Positions 9,001-19,660 of a DNA stretch of 64,000 nt are shown one piece after another. Source of the DNA: Candidatus Omnitrophota bacterium (GTDB lineage: Bacteria > Omnitrophota > Gorgyraeia > Zapsychrales > JANLHA01); assembly GCA_963662715.1 (NCBI GenBank), contig OY759724.1, forward strand, positions 2,266,662 through 2,330,661, given 5' to 3'. How positions within the stretch are numbered: the stretch's first letter is position 1; each line of letters opens with the position of its first letter. The notes below the pieces were generated by a model. It was not told the origin of the DNA. It did no database searches and was given only the letters and a program-made list of their open reading frames with translations. The position numbers and the translations under genes are program-made.

Positions 9001-9492
9001 ATGGAAAAAAAATATATCGGTCAAAGTCTCAAAGCATATTTAGAACAACTGTCTGCCCGGACGCCTGTTCCCGGAGGGGGCTCGGCGGCAGCCTTAACGG
9101 CGGCCTTGGGGGCCGCTCTTATTTCCATGGCGGCGCGTTATGCTTTACGGAAAGATTTGCCGAAAGCCGATGAAAGACTTTTGAAAGAGGTTTTAAAACA
9201 GAGTGAGCGCATCAGAAAAAGGCTGCAGGTTTTGGTCGACCTGGATGCTCAGGCTTATGCCCGGGTTGTTGCCACCCGTAAATCCCGGGCCTCTGCCCAA
9301 AAAGCGGCGTTGCGGCGGGCCCGCAGGGTCCCTTTGGAAGTCGCACAATTGTGCTACGCAGCTCTGGATTTGACCCCGCCTTTGGTGGAAAAAGGCAGCC
9401 CGTATTTATTGAGTGATGTAGCCGTGGCTGCTGAATTCCTGTTCGCCGCTTTCAAGTCGGCCATGATGAACGTGCAGGTCAATCAGGAATGA
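9001..9492 (+). CDS. Protein of the cyclodeaminase/cyclohydrolase family (FTCD C-terminal domain), FchA-like methenyl-THF cyclohydrolase.
   Basis: 'PVPGGGSAAALTAALGAALISMAARYA' is characteristic of the FTCD_C cyclodeaminase domain. The gene sits immediately upstream of folD. Confidence 0.7.
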   Translation: MEKKYIGQSLKAYLEQLSARTPVPGGGSAAALTAALGAALISMAARYALRKDLPKADERLLKEVLKQSERIRKRLQVLVDLDAQAYARVVATRKSRASAQKAALRRARRVPLEVAQLCYAALDLTPPLVEKGSPYLLSDVAVAAEFLFAAFKSAMMNVQVNQE

Positions 9493-9496
9493 CGGA

Positions 9497-10375
9497 ATGG
9501 ATCCTATGACGACAGAAGCGAAAATGCTGGATGGCCGGTTGCTGGCCCAAAAGATCGGGGGGCAGATTCAGGCGGAAGTTCAAGCGCTCCGGCAGTCAAA
9601 CGGGAAAGTCCCGCGGTTGATCAATATTATGTTGGGTGATGATCCCGGATCCTGCGCTTATGCGCGGTCTCAGAACAGGGTCGCGCAACAGGTCGGTATC
9701 CAGTATGACCTGTTGACTTTGCCCAGGGAGACGAGCCAGGAAGAGCTGGAAGCCCGGATCAAACAACTCAATGACGATGTTCAAGTCAACGGGGTCATGA
9801 TCCATAAGCCGCTGCCGGAACATATCAATTATCAGAAAGCCGCCAATTGTCTGAGCGTCATGAAAGATCTCGAGGGCATCAATGTCGCGAATATCGGGAA
9901 GATGCTGCTCGGAGAGACCCGTTTGATCCCTTGTACGCCGGCCGCGGTCATGGAGCATTTAAAAGCTACGGGCGAGGATCTCCGAGGCAAGGAAGCCGTG
10001 GTTGTCGGGGCTTCTCATATCGTTGGCAAGCCTTTGAGTCTTTTGTTGCTTGAAGAGATGGCGACGGTCACTATTTGCCATATCGCTACCAGCGAAGCCG
10101 GCCATCTTCCGGAGCACGTCAGCCGCGCGGAAATACTTATTGTGGCCGTCGGCAAGGCCGGGGTTATCAAGGGCGACTGGATCAGAGAGGGCGCCATTGT
10201 TATTGATGTGGGGATCAATCAGGTCGGCTCTCAGATTGTCGGAGATGTGGAGTTCTCCCGCGCCAGAAACAGGGCGGCTTTTATTACTCCCGTGCCCGGC
10301 GGCGTCGGTCCGGTAACGGTTATGATGCTTATGCGCAATGGATTAGAAGCTTTTAAACTGCAAATGAAATTATAG
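9497..10375 (+). CDS. folD: Bifunctional methylene-THF dehydrogenase / methenyl-THF cyclohydrolase.
   Basis: 'LDGRLLAQKI...', 'GASHIVGKPLSLLLL' (Rossmann) and 'ITPVPGGVGPVTVMML' (FolD C-terminus). Confidence 0.9.
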   Translation: MDPMTTEAKMLDGRLLAQKIGGQIQAEVQALRQSNGKVPRLINIMLGDDPGSCAYARSQNRVAQQVGIQYDLLTLPRETSQEELEARIKQLNDDVQVNGVMIHKPLPEHINYQKAANCLSVMKDLEGINVANIGKMLLGETRLIPCTPAAVMEHLKATGEDLRGKEAVVVGASHIVGKPLSLLLLEEMATVTICHIATSEAGHLPEHVSRAEILIVAVGKAGVIKGDWIREGAIVIDVGINQVGSQIVGDVEFSRARNRAAFITPVPGGVGPVTVMMLMRNGLEAFKLQMKL

Positions 10376-10388
10376 ACAGGTTATTTTC

Positions 10389-11675
10389 ATGCAAGAGAAA
10401 CAAATCGTTATATTGGGGAATTCACCGGCGGCATTTCAATGCGTCGAGACTTTGCGTCAAGAAGGTTTCTCCGGGGACATTGTTATGCTGGTAAGCGACG
10501 GGGAATATCCCTATTGCCGGGTGTGTCTGCCGGATGTTTTGTCGAAGGACATCCCTTTGGGGAAGATGTTTTGTGCTTCGGCCGAGGATTTTGAAAAGAG
10601 ACATAAAATCCGGCTGGTGACACAGAAAATTTCCCGAATAAATTTTAAAAGACGTCGCGTGACGACGGAAGACAAACAAGTTATCCCTTTTGATTATTGC
10701 TTGCTCGATGAATACGGATGGCTCTACCCGGAAAACAGCAAAGGGACGAATAAAAGCGGTGCGTATCTCTTGAACCGCATGGATCACATGAAGGCTGCCT
10801 TGAAAGAACTCCTTTTTGCCGAAACGGTCATTGTGCAGTCCGATAGTTTTTCCGGGCTAAGAGCGGTTTATGCCCTGGCACAGGAGAAGAGGGAAGTGAT
10901 TTGGATCTGCCCGGGGAAGTATCTTTTGTCTTCCGTCCTGGACCGGGAAATATCCGGTCGCATTCAAGCAGAGTTGGAGCGAAAAGGGATCCGGGTTATT
11001 TTTGAGAATACCGTTACGGAACTTTTAGGGGACAACACTGTCAAGGCTGTCAGGTTAAGCTCCGGGAAGGTTATCGCCGGCCAGATGGTGTTTTTTGAGG
11101 CCGGTCAGCCCGACTTCCGTATATTTAAAGAAACCGATCTCCAGATAGACGGTAAGATTGTGACCCGTGAGAGGCATGTGACAGCTTATGGATATGTTTT
11201 TGCCGTGGGTGGCGTCAGCCAGGCGACGGATACAAATTTGGCATCTTATGCTTGTTATGATGATGTCTTAAGGAGACAAGGCCAGTCCGTTGCGCTGGAT
11301 ATCCTTCAGAAAAGTTCCGGTCAGCAAACTTTTGTGCCGTATGCGGATTTTAAATGGCCTGATTTTCAATTGACAGTGCTCGGCCGGACACAGCCGGGTT
11401 GTTTCGATACGGTTTATGAAAAAAGTCATGCTGATAGCCGGTCACTGCAAAAACTCTATATCCGTAAGGGGGGTGCTGTAGGAGCCGTACTTGTTAATTC
11501 CGAAACGTTTCGGGAAAATATACTTTCTTTTATTCATCTTCGAAAGGCCCTTTCAGAAGAGGAGTTGTCTTCCCTGGGGTTCCATCTGCAAACGTCCCCT
11601 GTCCAGCCTTTTACGGAAGGCGATGCCCCTGAAACCGCCTTTTGTGGGGCGGGCCAGCCGTCTGAAAGTGTCTGA
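10389..11675 (+). CDS. Pyridine-nucleotide-disulfide / FAD-dependent oxidoreductase-like protein with a degenerate dinucleotide motif.
   Basis: N-terminal 'IVILGNSPAAFQCVETL', where GxGxxG is degraded to GNSPAA. Overall layout resembles the NirB/rubredoxin-reductase family. Confidence 0.45.
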   Translation: MQEKQIVILGNSPAAFQCVETLRQEGFSGDIVMLVSDGEYPYCRVCLPDVLSKDIPLGKMFCASAEDFEKRHKIRLVTQKISRINFKRRRVTTEDKQVIPFDYCLLDEYGWLYPENSKGTNKSGAYLLNRMDHMKAALKELLFAETVIVQSDSFSGLRAVYALAQEKREVIWICPGKYLLSSVLDREISGRIQAELERKGIRVIFENTVTELLGDNTVKAVRLSSGKVIAGQMVFFEAGQPDFRIFKETDLQIDGKIVTRERHVTAYGYVFAVGGVSQATDTNLASYACYDDVLRRQGQSVALDILQKSSGQQTFVPYADFKWPDFQLTVLGRTQPGCFDTVYEKSHADSRSLQKLYIRKGGAVGAVLVNSETFRENILSFIHLRKALSEEELSSLGFHLQTSPVQPFTEGDAPETAFCGAGQPSESV

Positions 11676-11752
11676 AATCCTTAAGAGGCGCTGATTTCCG
11701 GCCCGGACAGTTTTTTTTTGAATGTAATATTTTACTTGCAAAAAGACAGAAT

Positions 11753-12601
11753 ATGTATTATCCTTACCCTAAGAAAGCGTTAGGAAAAGCCAGTTGGAGA
11801 TTATCCGCACTTCTTCTCATATCCTTATTAACCTTTCAAACACGTATTTTCGCCAATAATAGAGAATTCTCCGCACAAGACTACCGTGCTCAAGGATACG
11901 ATGAACAGAAGAAAGGCAATCTTGACAAAGCTTTAGCGTTTTATTCTGAAGCCTTGTCCCTCGGATTAGAAAGTGAAGTCCTTTATAATGATATTGGGGT
12001 TGTGTATGAACAGCAGGGTGATTGGCAAAAGGCAAGAATATATTATCTGAAGGCCATAAGGTATAATCCTGATTATTTACCCCCTTATACGAATCTAGCA
12101 TATCTGTATCAAACACTAGGCGATATTCAGAACGCGGAACACTATTTTCAAGAGCGTTACTGGCGGGCCAAGGACGGAGATCCTTGGAAAGAAGCCGTCA
12201 GAGAAGAATTGGTTAAAATTAACCCTCGTTTTAAAAAGAAACTTCTTCAGGAGAAAGTCGAAGACTTTACCGAAGAGTTGGTCCGACAGGCCCGGGAAGA
12301 GTTCTCCCTGCAGATACAGCGTTCAGAGAATCATTATCAAAAAGGGAGCCAATACCTCCAGGAGAAAAAATATAAAGAGGCGCTTCAGGAATTTGATCGG
12401 GCTCTCCTGCTGACACCCGATAATCCTAAGATGATGAAGGCAAAACAACAGGTTCTTTTCTCACAGAAGATAGATATGGTTAAAGAAAAGGTTTATGTTG
12501 CGGTGAAACATTTGGACGCGGGGGATGTCCAATCTGCCAACGACATGTTTCAGGAAATACTCACCTTGCTCCCTGAACAACCAGTTCAAAATTTTGAATA
12601 A
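11753..12601 (+). CDS. Secreted tetratricopeptide-repeat protein.
   Basis: Signal-like N-terminus, then repeated 'A..Y..AL..P.Y..A..NLA.LY' TPR-like units. Confidence 0.7.
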   Translation: MYYPYPKKALGKASWRLSALLLISLLTFQTRIFANNREFSAQDYRAQGYDEQKKGNLDKALAFYSEALSLGLESEVLYNDIGVVYEQQGDWQKARIYYLKAIRYNPDYLPPYTNLAYLYQTLGDIQNAEHYFQERYWRAKDGDPWKEAVREELVKINPRFKKKLLQEKVEDFTEELVRQAREEFSLQIQRSENHYQKGSQYLQEKKYKEALQEFDRALLLTPDNPKMMKAKQQVLFSQKIDMVKEKVYVAVKHLDAGDVQSANDMFQEILTLLPEQPVQNFE

Positions 12602-12644
12602 ATATTTCATAGAATGCAATCGACACGAGACAACTGATTAACCC

Positions 12645-15242
12645 ATGGTTACGACGGAACTTTTTTTGATTGATGCGCATGCGCTTTGCTATAGGTCTTT
12701 TTATGCTATTAAAGGGTTAGCAAACAGCCAGGGCCAGAAGACAAACGCTGTGTTCGGTTTTGTCAATACGTTGCGGAAGTTGCTCCGGGAATACCGTCCC
12801 TTATATATGGCTGTTTGTTTTGACTCCCCGGCGAAGACGCACCGGCAGAAGAAATTTGCTGATTACAAGATACAACGGCCGAGCATGCCGGACGATTTGA
12901 TCTCGCAAATTCCGATCATCAAAGAAATCGTAGGTTGTTACCGCGTGCCCTCTTTGGAATTTGAGGGCTATGAAGCGGATGATATCATTGCCAGCATCAC
13001 CCGGAAGTTTGCATCACCTCAACTGAAGGTGATTATCGTCAGCGATGACAAAGACATGTTTCAGCTTGTCGGGCATAATGTCCGCGTGTTAAGCCTTAGA
13101 AAAGACAAGCTGATTGACCCGGAAGGGGTGAGGGAGATTATGGGCCTGGCGCCGGATTATATGACGGATTTTATCGCTTTAGCCGGAGACAGTGTGGACA
13201 ATATCCCGGGGGTCAAGGGGATTGGCGAAGTTTCGGCCCGGCAGTTGATTTCCCGATACGGGCCTATCGAGGAGATTTTCCGTCATTTGGATGATATCCA
13301 GCCGGTTTCTATTAAGAATCGCTTGGCATCACAGAGGGAAGAAGCTTTCCTGTCCAAGGAACTGGCTGTTTTAAATGAAGATATCCCTTTGGATTTTTGT
13401 GTCGAAGATATGAAAGTGACAGCCCCGGATCATGAAATGCTGATCAAAATTTTTTCTGATCTGGAATTTAAACGGCTCGTGTTTGAGCTTATGGAACAGC
13501 ATCCTTCCAAGGCCGTTACGAATATTCAGAAGATTCAGGCGGAAGAGGAGTTGAAAGATGTCCTGGCCGCTATTGAGACGGCCGGAGAGTTTTCCTTTTT
13601 GTTTGATGAAAATGTGGAAGCAGACATCTGGCTGGCCGGGACTTTGGTCGTTACCTGTCAGGAAAATCCTGTCTGGCAGATTCCGCAGGAATTTATCCCG
13701 GGGATGAAAGACGTTTTTGGGCAGAAGGATATCCGCAAGAACACCTATGATTACAAGCATGCTTTAAAGCATCTTGACAGATTCGGCCTGACATTAAAAG
13801 GAGAGGTTTTTGATGTTAAGCTGGCGGCGTATCTTTTGTCTCCTGCCCGGACAGCCGCGCAGATTTTTGATTTGGGCTGGCAGTATTTAAAAATTCCGCC
13901 GCAGAACACGCAGGAAGCTTCCGGACAGATCCGGATCGTTCACCGGCTGTCTGAATGCCTGAGGACGGAACTTCGGACGTTTGACCTGCTGTCCCTTTGT
14001 TCGGAGGTGGAAATCCCCTTATCCATGGTTTTGTGGGCCATGGAACGGGAGGGGGTCAGTATAGACGTGGGCCTTTTGAAGAATTTATCGAAAGAGTGTG
14101 AAGCGAAGATCACTCAGCTTCATGCGGAATTGTTTGAACTGGCCGGGGAAGAATTCAATTTGAATTCTCCGAAACAGCTCAGCCGGGTGTTATTTGACAA
14201 ACTTAATCTGCCGGTCATTAAGCGGACGAAAACCGGGTTTTCCACGAATGAAGAGGTTTTAACGCGCCTGGCAAGCTTGCATCCGCTCCCGGCTTTGATT
14301 CTTGATTACCGGCAGCTGGCTAAGCTGAAATCCACATATATTGATGCTTTGCCGAAACTGGTGGACCCGCAGACACAAAGGATCCATGCAACGTTTAACC
14401 AGACGGGAACGGAAACGGGCCGTTTGAGTTCTTATAACCCCAATCTGCAGAATATCCCGATACGGACAGAGATGGGCCGGCGCATTCGCAAGGCCTTTGT
14501 CCCGTCTGCGCAAGACCGGATCATTATCTCTGCGGATTATTCCCAGATTGAGCTCCGTATCTTGGCTCATTTGTCAAAAGACGAAAACCTGCTTTTTGCG
14601 TTTCAGAAAGACGAAGATATTCATACGTTTACAGCCGCGCAAGTTTTTGATGTCCCGGAGAAAGACGTTACGCAAGAAATGCGGATTTCGGCCAAAAGGG
14701 TGAATTTCGGTATTATTTACGGGATGAGCGCCTTTGGGTTGGCTAAAGATTTGAATATCTCGCAGGGAGAGGCCGCTGAATTTATTGACAGGTATTTTTT
14801 AAGATATCCCCGCGTGAAAGATTTTATGGATGCGCAGATTAAAGAATGCGAAGCCAACGGATATGTGACCACGCTTCTTCACCGCAGGCGCTATATCCCT
14901 GATATCCAAAGCAGCAGTTTGTCGATCAGGCAGTTCGCTCAAAGGCAGGCGATCAACACTCCGGTTCAGGGGACCGCCGCGGACCTTATTAAGCTGGCCA
15001 TGATCCGGATTTATGAGGCCATAAATAAAAATGATTTGCGTTCAAAGATGATTATCACCGTTCATGATGAGCTTGTCTTTGATGCGCTGCAGGATGAAAA
15101 GGACAGGCTTATCTCCCTGATTAAAGACCATATGGAGCATACCTTGACCCTGGACGTGCCTATCAAAGTCAGTATTAAGACGGGGAAAAACTGGTTAGAG
15201 ACCAAGAAAGTCAACGAAGCAGAGATCCCTTTGAAAAGCTGA
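12645..15242 (+). CDS. polA: DNA polymerase I.
   Basis: N-terminal 5'-3' exonuclease. Polymerase motifs 'DYSQIELRILAHLS' (A), 'RRxAKxxNFGxxYG' (B) and 'VHDELVFD' (C). The exo II-like 'KNTYDYKH' is present, but exo I/III acidic residues are not obvious. Confidence 0.93.
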   Translation: MVTTELFLIDAHALCYRSFYAIKGLANSQGQKTNAVFGFVNTLRKLLREYRPLYMAVCFDSPAKTHRQKKFADYKIQRPSMPDDLISQIPIIKEIVGCYRVPSLEFEGYEADDIIASITRKFASPQLKVIIVSDDKDMFQLVGHNVRVLSLRKDKLIDPEGVREIMGLAPDYMTDFIALAGDSVDNIPGVKGIGEVSARQLISRYGPIEEIFRHLDDIQPVSIKNRLASQREEAFLSKELAVLNEDIPLDFCVEDMKVTAPDHEMLIKIFSDLEFKRLVFELMEQHPSKAVTNIQKIQAEEELKDVLAAIETAGEFSFLFDENVEADIWLAGTLVVTCQENPVWQIPQEFIPGMKDVFGQKDIRKNTYDYKHALKHLDRFGLTLKGEVFDVKLAAYLLSPARTAAQIFDLGWQYLKIPPQNTQEASGQIRIVHRLSECLRTELRTFDLLSLCSEVEIPLSMVLWAMEREGVSIDVGLLKNLSKECEAKITQLHAELFELAGEEFNLNSPKQLSRVLFDKLNLPVIKRTKTGFSTNEEVLTRLASLHPLPALILDYRQLAKLKSTYIDALPKLVDPQTQRIHATFNQTGTETGRLSSYNPNLQNIPIRTEMGRRIRKAFVPSAQDRIIISADYSQIELRILAHLSKDENLLFAFQKDEDIHTFTAAQVFDVPEKDVTQEMRISAKRVNFGIIYGMSAFGLAKDLNISQGEAAEFIDRYFLRYPRVKDFMDAQIKECEANGYVTTLLHRRRYIPDIQSSSLSIRQFAQRQAINTPVQGTAADLIKLAMIRIYEAINKNDLRSKMIITVHDELVFDALQDEKDRLISLIKDHMEHTLTLDVPIKVSIKTGKNWLETKKVNEAEIPLKS

Positions 15243-15246
15243 AGAT

Positions 15247-15912
15247 ATGACGGGGAAATTTTTCCCTGAATTGTTTCGTCCAGGCTGTTTAAAATATGCT
15301 CGGATAAAGGAAAAAATGATTTTGATCGGCGTTACAGGGAGTTATGGGACGGGAAAGTCAACGGTGGCGGAATTTTTTAAGCGATTGGGAGCCAGGGTGA
15401 TCGATGCCGATAAAATCGTCCACGATTTGTTTAGGCCCCGGACGCTTTGTTGCAAGAAAATTGTTAAGACTTTCGGGCCGGGAATTTTGACAGAGACGGG
15501 AGCTGTCGACCGAGGGAAATTGTCCGGACTGGTTTTTGATTCCCCGAAGCGGCTGAAAACCTTGGAATCCCTGATTCATCCGGAAGTGATCCGGCAGATC
15601 AAAGGGCTTATCGCACAATATAGAAAAAATAAGAATGTCCGGGCGGTGGTCGTTGATGTCCCTTTGCTTTATGAGTCGGGGCTGAATGAACTTATGGATA
15701 TTAATATTGTGGTTCGAGCCACTCAAAAGGATCAGTTGTCGCGGACAGCCTCAAGACCTGCCATGTCCCGGGCCGCGAAACTCAAAAGGATCAGGGCGCA
15801 GATACCTTTACTTAAAAAAATGGCCTGGGCGGATATTATCATTGATAACCGAGGGGCCCTTAAAGACACACAGCGTCAGGTCCGGAAGGTTTGGCAGGAA
15901 TATATAAAATAA
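15247..15912 (+). CDS. coaE: Dephospho-CoA kinase.
   Basis: 'ILIGVTGSYGTGKSTVAEFF...VIDADKIVH'. Confidence 0.88.
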   Translation: MTGKFFPELFRPGCLKYARIKEKMILIGVTGSYGTGKSTVAEFFKRLGARVIDADKIVHDLFRPRTLCCKKIVKTFGPGILTETGAVDRGKLSGLVFDSPKRLKTLESLIHPEVIRQIKGLIAQYRKNKNVRAVVVDVPLLYESGLNELMDINIVVRATQKDQLSRTASRPAMSRAAKLKRIRAQIPLLKKMAWADIIIDNRGALKDTQRQVRKVWQEYIK

Positions 15913-16076
15913 ACGGCCGTTATGAAATTTTTGTGTAAAGGAACGGTCAACAGAAGACACCGGTATCATTTATGCCCGGGAGGGGAAGCTTTCTCGAGGA
16001 TATGGATGAAACAATGTCGTGGAAGAATCCAAAACCGAAAAGAAGAAATTAATAATACGATGAGGGGGTAAAGAGT

Positions 16077-17414
16077 ATGCAGAGAACATCAGCAAAATCA
16101 GGGGAGAAGGTCAAGCGGAAGGATGCCGCAGAAGAGAGTAAGCATTCCGCGGATCAGAATGAACAGCTTGATATCGGGAAGTTAAAGGATATGAAAGTAT
16201 CAGAACTGAGCAAGCTGGCGCGGGAGATGTCCATAAACGGTATCAGCGGCAGTAAGAAACAGGATCTGATCTTTAAAATTTTACAAAAGAAGGCGGAAAA
16301 GGCCGGCCTGATGTACGGAGAAGGAACCCTGGAGATCCTTTCGGAAGGTTTTGGCTTTCTCAGAAGCGCCAATTACAACTATCTGCCCTGTCCGGACGAC
16401 ATTTATATTTCTCCGTCCCAGATCAGGCGGTTTGATCTGAAGACCGGGGATATCGTCAGCGGACATATCCGGCCGCCCAAGGAAGGCGAGAAATACTTCG
16501 CTCTTCTAAAGGTGGAAGCGGTCAATTATGAAAACCCTGAGAAATGCAAAGACAAAATCTTTTTTGATAATTTAACGCCTCTTTATCCTCATGAACGTAT
16601 TCATTTAGAGACAGAACCCAAGGAGATTTCCATGCGGATTATGGATTTGCTGACCCCTATCGGAAAAGGCCAGCGGGCCCTGATCGTTGCGCCTCCTTAT
16701 AGCGGGAAAACGGTTCTGCTGCAGAAGATCGCGAATTCCATTACCAAATCGAATCCGGATGTCATTCTGATCGTTCTTTTAATCGATGAGCGGCCGGAGG
16801 AAGTTACGGATATGCAGCGAAGCGTAAAAGGAGAAGTGATCGCCTCGACATTTGATGAACCCGCTGAACGCCATGTGCAGATCGCAGAGATTGTTTTGGA
16901 GAAAGCTAAAAGACTGGTCGAACATAAGCGGGATGTGGTAATATTATTGGATAGTATCACCCGCTTAGCCCGGGCTTATAATACCGTTGTGCCGCATAGC
17001 GGGAAGATCCTCTCTGGCGGTGTGGATTCTAATGCTTTGCATAAACCCAAACGCTTTTTCGGGGCTGCCAGGGCGCTTGATGAGGGAGGCAGTCTGACGA
17101 TTATTTCGACAGCCCTTGTTGATACGGGCAGCCGCATGGACGAAGTTATTTTTGAAGAGTTTAAGGGCACGGGAAATATGGAGCTCCAGCTAGACCGGAA
17201 CCTGTTTCAGCGGCGTATTTACCCGGCTATTGATATTAAGCGTTCTAATACGCGTCATGAAGAGTTGCTTTTGCCGGAAGATGTCCTGCAGAGGATATGG
17301 CTTCTGCGCAAAGCGATCAATGACCTGAATTCCGCTGAATCCATGGAATTGTTGATTGAGAAGATATCAAAGTTTAAAACCAATGAGGAATTTCTGCAGA
17401 ATATGAACAAATAA
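16077..17414 (+). CDS. rho: Transcription termination factor Rho.
   Basis: N-terminal RNA-binding region with 'GFGFLR', Walker A '[10 protein letters not shown]', the ATPase core and the C-terminal 'RRIYPAIDI' region. Confidence 0.95.
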   Translation: MQRTSAKSGEKVKRKDAAEESKHSADQNEQLDIGKLKDMKVSELSKLAREMSINGISGSKKQDLIFKILQKKAEKAGLMYGEGTLEILSEGFGFLRSANYNYLPCPDDIYISPSQIRRFDLKTGDIVSGHIRPPKEGEKYFALLKVEAVNYENPEKCKDKIFFDNLTPLYPHERIHLETEPKEISMRIMDLLTPIGKGQRALIVAPPYSGKTVLLQKIANSITKSNPDVILIVLLIDERPEEVTDMQRSVKGEVIASTFDEPAERHVQIAEIVLEKAKRLVEHKRDVVILLDSITRLARAYNTVVPHSGKILSGGVDSNALHKPKRFFGAARALDEGGSLTIISTALVDTGSRMDEVIFEEFKGTGNMELQLDRNLFQRRIYPAIDIKRSNTRHEELLLPEDVLQRIWLLRKAINDLNSAESMELLIEKISKFKTNEEFLQNMNK

Positions 17415-17515
17415 ACCAGGGAGCGTGTCCTGTAGGCCGTCCGGCCCAAGATGGGCCGGCGATAAACGGAAGAATAGAAAGGCCGCATGATACCATTGAA
17501 GGAGGAAAAAGGAAA

Positions 17516-17722
17516 ATGAAAGAGAAGATTCACCCGGAATACCATGAAACGACTGTCACGTGTGCTTGTGGCGAAGTGATCCATACGCGTTCAACAAAAA
17601 AGAATATTCGCGTCGAGATCTGTTCTCAATGCCATCCTTTCTTTACCGGTGAGAAGAAGTATGTTGACTCTGCCGGCCGAATCGAGCGTTTTAAGCAACG
17701 TTATAAAAAATTTAATAAGTAA
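17516..17722 (+). CDS. rpmE: 50S ribosomal protein L31.
   Basis: '[20 protein letters not shown]...[10 protein letters not shown]', the CxxC...CxxC L31 signature. Confidence 0.93.
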   Translation: MKEKIHPEYHETTVTCACGEVIHTRSTKKNIRVEICSQCHPFFTGEKKYVDSAGRIERFKQRYKKFNK

Positions 17723-17763
17723 ATACACTTCCAAGGTCTTCAAACAAAACCCGGGTTCCAGGA

Positions 17764-18840
17764 GTGTATCCTATGCAAGAGAAACTGAAAAAGATTGTTC
17801 AACGTTACCAGGAGTTAGAACAATTATTGGGGGATCCTGATATTATCGCTGAACAGAGCCGGTATCAGAAAATCGCCAAGGAATTTTCTGATATCACTCC
17901 GCTGGTGGAAGCGCATCGCCTTCATTCCGATATCGCCCGGCAGATGACCGATCTGGAACATTTGCTTCAGGAAAAACATGATGCGGAATTTGAAGAACTG
18001 GCCCGGGCCGAACTGAAAGATTTGCGTGTCCGGCTGGAGGAATGTGAGACGAACCTGGATGAACTGCTCAATCCCCGCAAGGAGGAGGCTGACCGGGATT
18101 TAATCATAGAAATCCGGGCCGGGACAGGAGGCCAGGAGGCCAGTCTTTTTGCCGCAGATCTCTACCGCATGTATACAAAATATGCGGAGAAAAAGGGATG
18201 GAAACTGGAGCCGATGAGCTCGCATGAATCCGAGACAGGAGGCTTTAAAGAAGTCGTTTTCGGTATCAGCGGAAAAGGCGCCTCAAAATTGTTGAAGTTT
18301 GAAAGCGGCGCCCATCGCGTGCAGCGGGTTCCGGTGACAGAGGCCTCAGGCCGTATTCATACTTCGGCGGCGACAGTCGCTGTCCTTTTTGAGCCGCAGG
18401 AAGTGGAAGCTCAGATTGATCCTAAAGATTTAAAGATTGATGTCTTCCGCTCATCCGGTCCCGGAGGCCAAAGCGTTAACACGACAGATTCAGCCATCCG
18501 CATTACGCATATCCCGAGCGGGATCGTGGTCATCTGTCAGGACGAACGTTCGCAGCTGAAGAATAAAATGAAGGCTATGCGAGTGTTGCGCGCCCGGCTT
18601 TTAGATAAGATTCAAAGGGAGAATATGGAGAAAGAAACCCAGGACCGGAAAGCCAAAGTCGGGACCGGAGACCGCAGTGAAAAAATCAGAACGTATAATT
18701 ATCCGGACCGCCGGGTCACGGACCACCGCATCGGATTCACGATTCATCAGCTGCCGAATGTGATGGATGGTGATTTGGACGCGATTCTTGACGCCCTGAT
18801 CAAGGCCGAAGCTGATCTGGAAGGAGCAAGCCGTGAATGA
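17764..18840 (+). CDS. prfA: Peptide chain release factor 1.
   Basis: GGQ motif '[23 protein letters not shown]' and the RF1-type tripeptide region '[14 protein letters not shown]'. Confidence 0.92.
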   Translation: MYPMQEKLKKIVQRYQELEQLLGDPDIIAEQSRYQKIAKEFSDITPLVEAHRLHSDIARQMTDLEHLLQEKHDAEFEELARAELKDLRVRLEECETNLDELLNPRKEEADRDLIIEIRAGTGGQEASLFAADLYRMYTKYAEKKGWKLEPMSSHESETGGFKEVVFGISGKGASKLLKFESGAHRVQRVPVTEASGRIHTSAATVAVLFEPQEVEAQIDPKDLKIDVFRSSGPGGQSVNTTDSAIRITHIPSGIVVICQDERSQLKNKMKAMRVLRARLLDKIQRENMEKETQDRKAKVGTGDRSEKIRTYNYPDRRVTDHRIGFTIHQLPNVMDGDLDAILDALIKAEADLEGASRE

Positions 18841-19636
18841 ACTGGAATTCATGAAGACATCCATTCTCGGCTGCCGCCGCATTGATCTTTATATGGATCC
18901 TCCTGTCATGTCTCCGGAGCAGAAAACGCTGCTGGAACGCATGAAACAGCGGCGGCTGAACGGAGAGCCGTTGCAATACATCCTGGGAGAAAGTCATTTT
19001 ATGGGATTGAATTTGAACGTCACCCCGAATGTGTTAATTCCCCGCCCGGAAACGGAAATATTAGTTGAAACGGCCTTAGTGATGGCCAAGAGGATATCCC
19101 GCCGGCCGCTTCATATCTTGGACCTGGGAACAGGATCGGGCAATATCGCTGTCAGTTGTGCGGTCTTCCTGGATGATTGTCTGATCGACAGTGTGGATAT
19201 CTCTCCGGAAGCCCTCCGGGTTGCCCTTTATAATGCCGAGCGCCATCAGGTTGAACAGAAGATTTGTTTTATGCACAAGGATATGTTTCTTGTCCTGGGG
19301 AGTGAAGATTTCCAAAGGACATATGATATCGTGATCGCCAACCCGCCGTACATTCCCAGGTCTGCGCTTTCGTCTTTGCCTCCGGATGTCCGGCATGAAC
19401 CGCTCAGGGCTTTAGATGGAGGGGAGGACGGTTTGTCTTATTTGAAGTTTATTATTGAAAACAGTCCGGCCCATATTAAAGAAGGCGGGCTGTTATTGCT
19501 GGAAATAGGAGACGGGCAGTCTAAAATCCTTGAAAAATACCTTGAAATGAATGGACAATTTTGCGACTATGAATTTAAAAAAGACTACAGAAGGACCGAC
19601 AGAATTCTGGTCGCCCGTAGGAATAATTATTCATAA
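18833..19636 (+). CDS. prmC: Release-factor glutamine N5-methyltransferase.
   Basis: '[12 protein letters not shown]' (SAM-binding) and 'IVIANPPYI' (NPPY). It overlaps the end of prfA by 8 nt. Confidence 0.9.
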   Translation: MNELEFMKTSILGCRRIDLYMDPPVMSPEQKTLLERMKQRRLNGEPLQYILGESHFMGLNLNVTPNVLIPRPETEILVETALVMAKRISRRPLHILDLGTGSGNIAVSCAVFLDDCLIDSVDISPEALRVALYNAERHQVEQKICFMHKDMFLVLGSEDFQRTYDIVIANPPYIPRSALSSLPPDVRHEPLRALDGGEDGLSYLKFIIENSPAHIKEGGLLLLEIGDGQSKILEKYLEMNGQFCDYEFKKDYRRTDRILVARRNNYS

Positions 19637-19660
19637 GCCGGAAATTTTGGGAAGACATTT

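Noticed and set aside
17764-18840. A programmed +1 frameshift site in the release factor gene.
   Set aside because: The gene is RF1 (PVT-type, with an uninterrupted frame), not RF2, so no frameshift is expected or seen.
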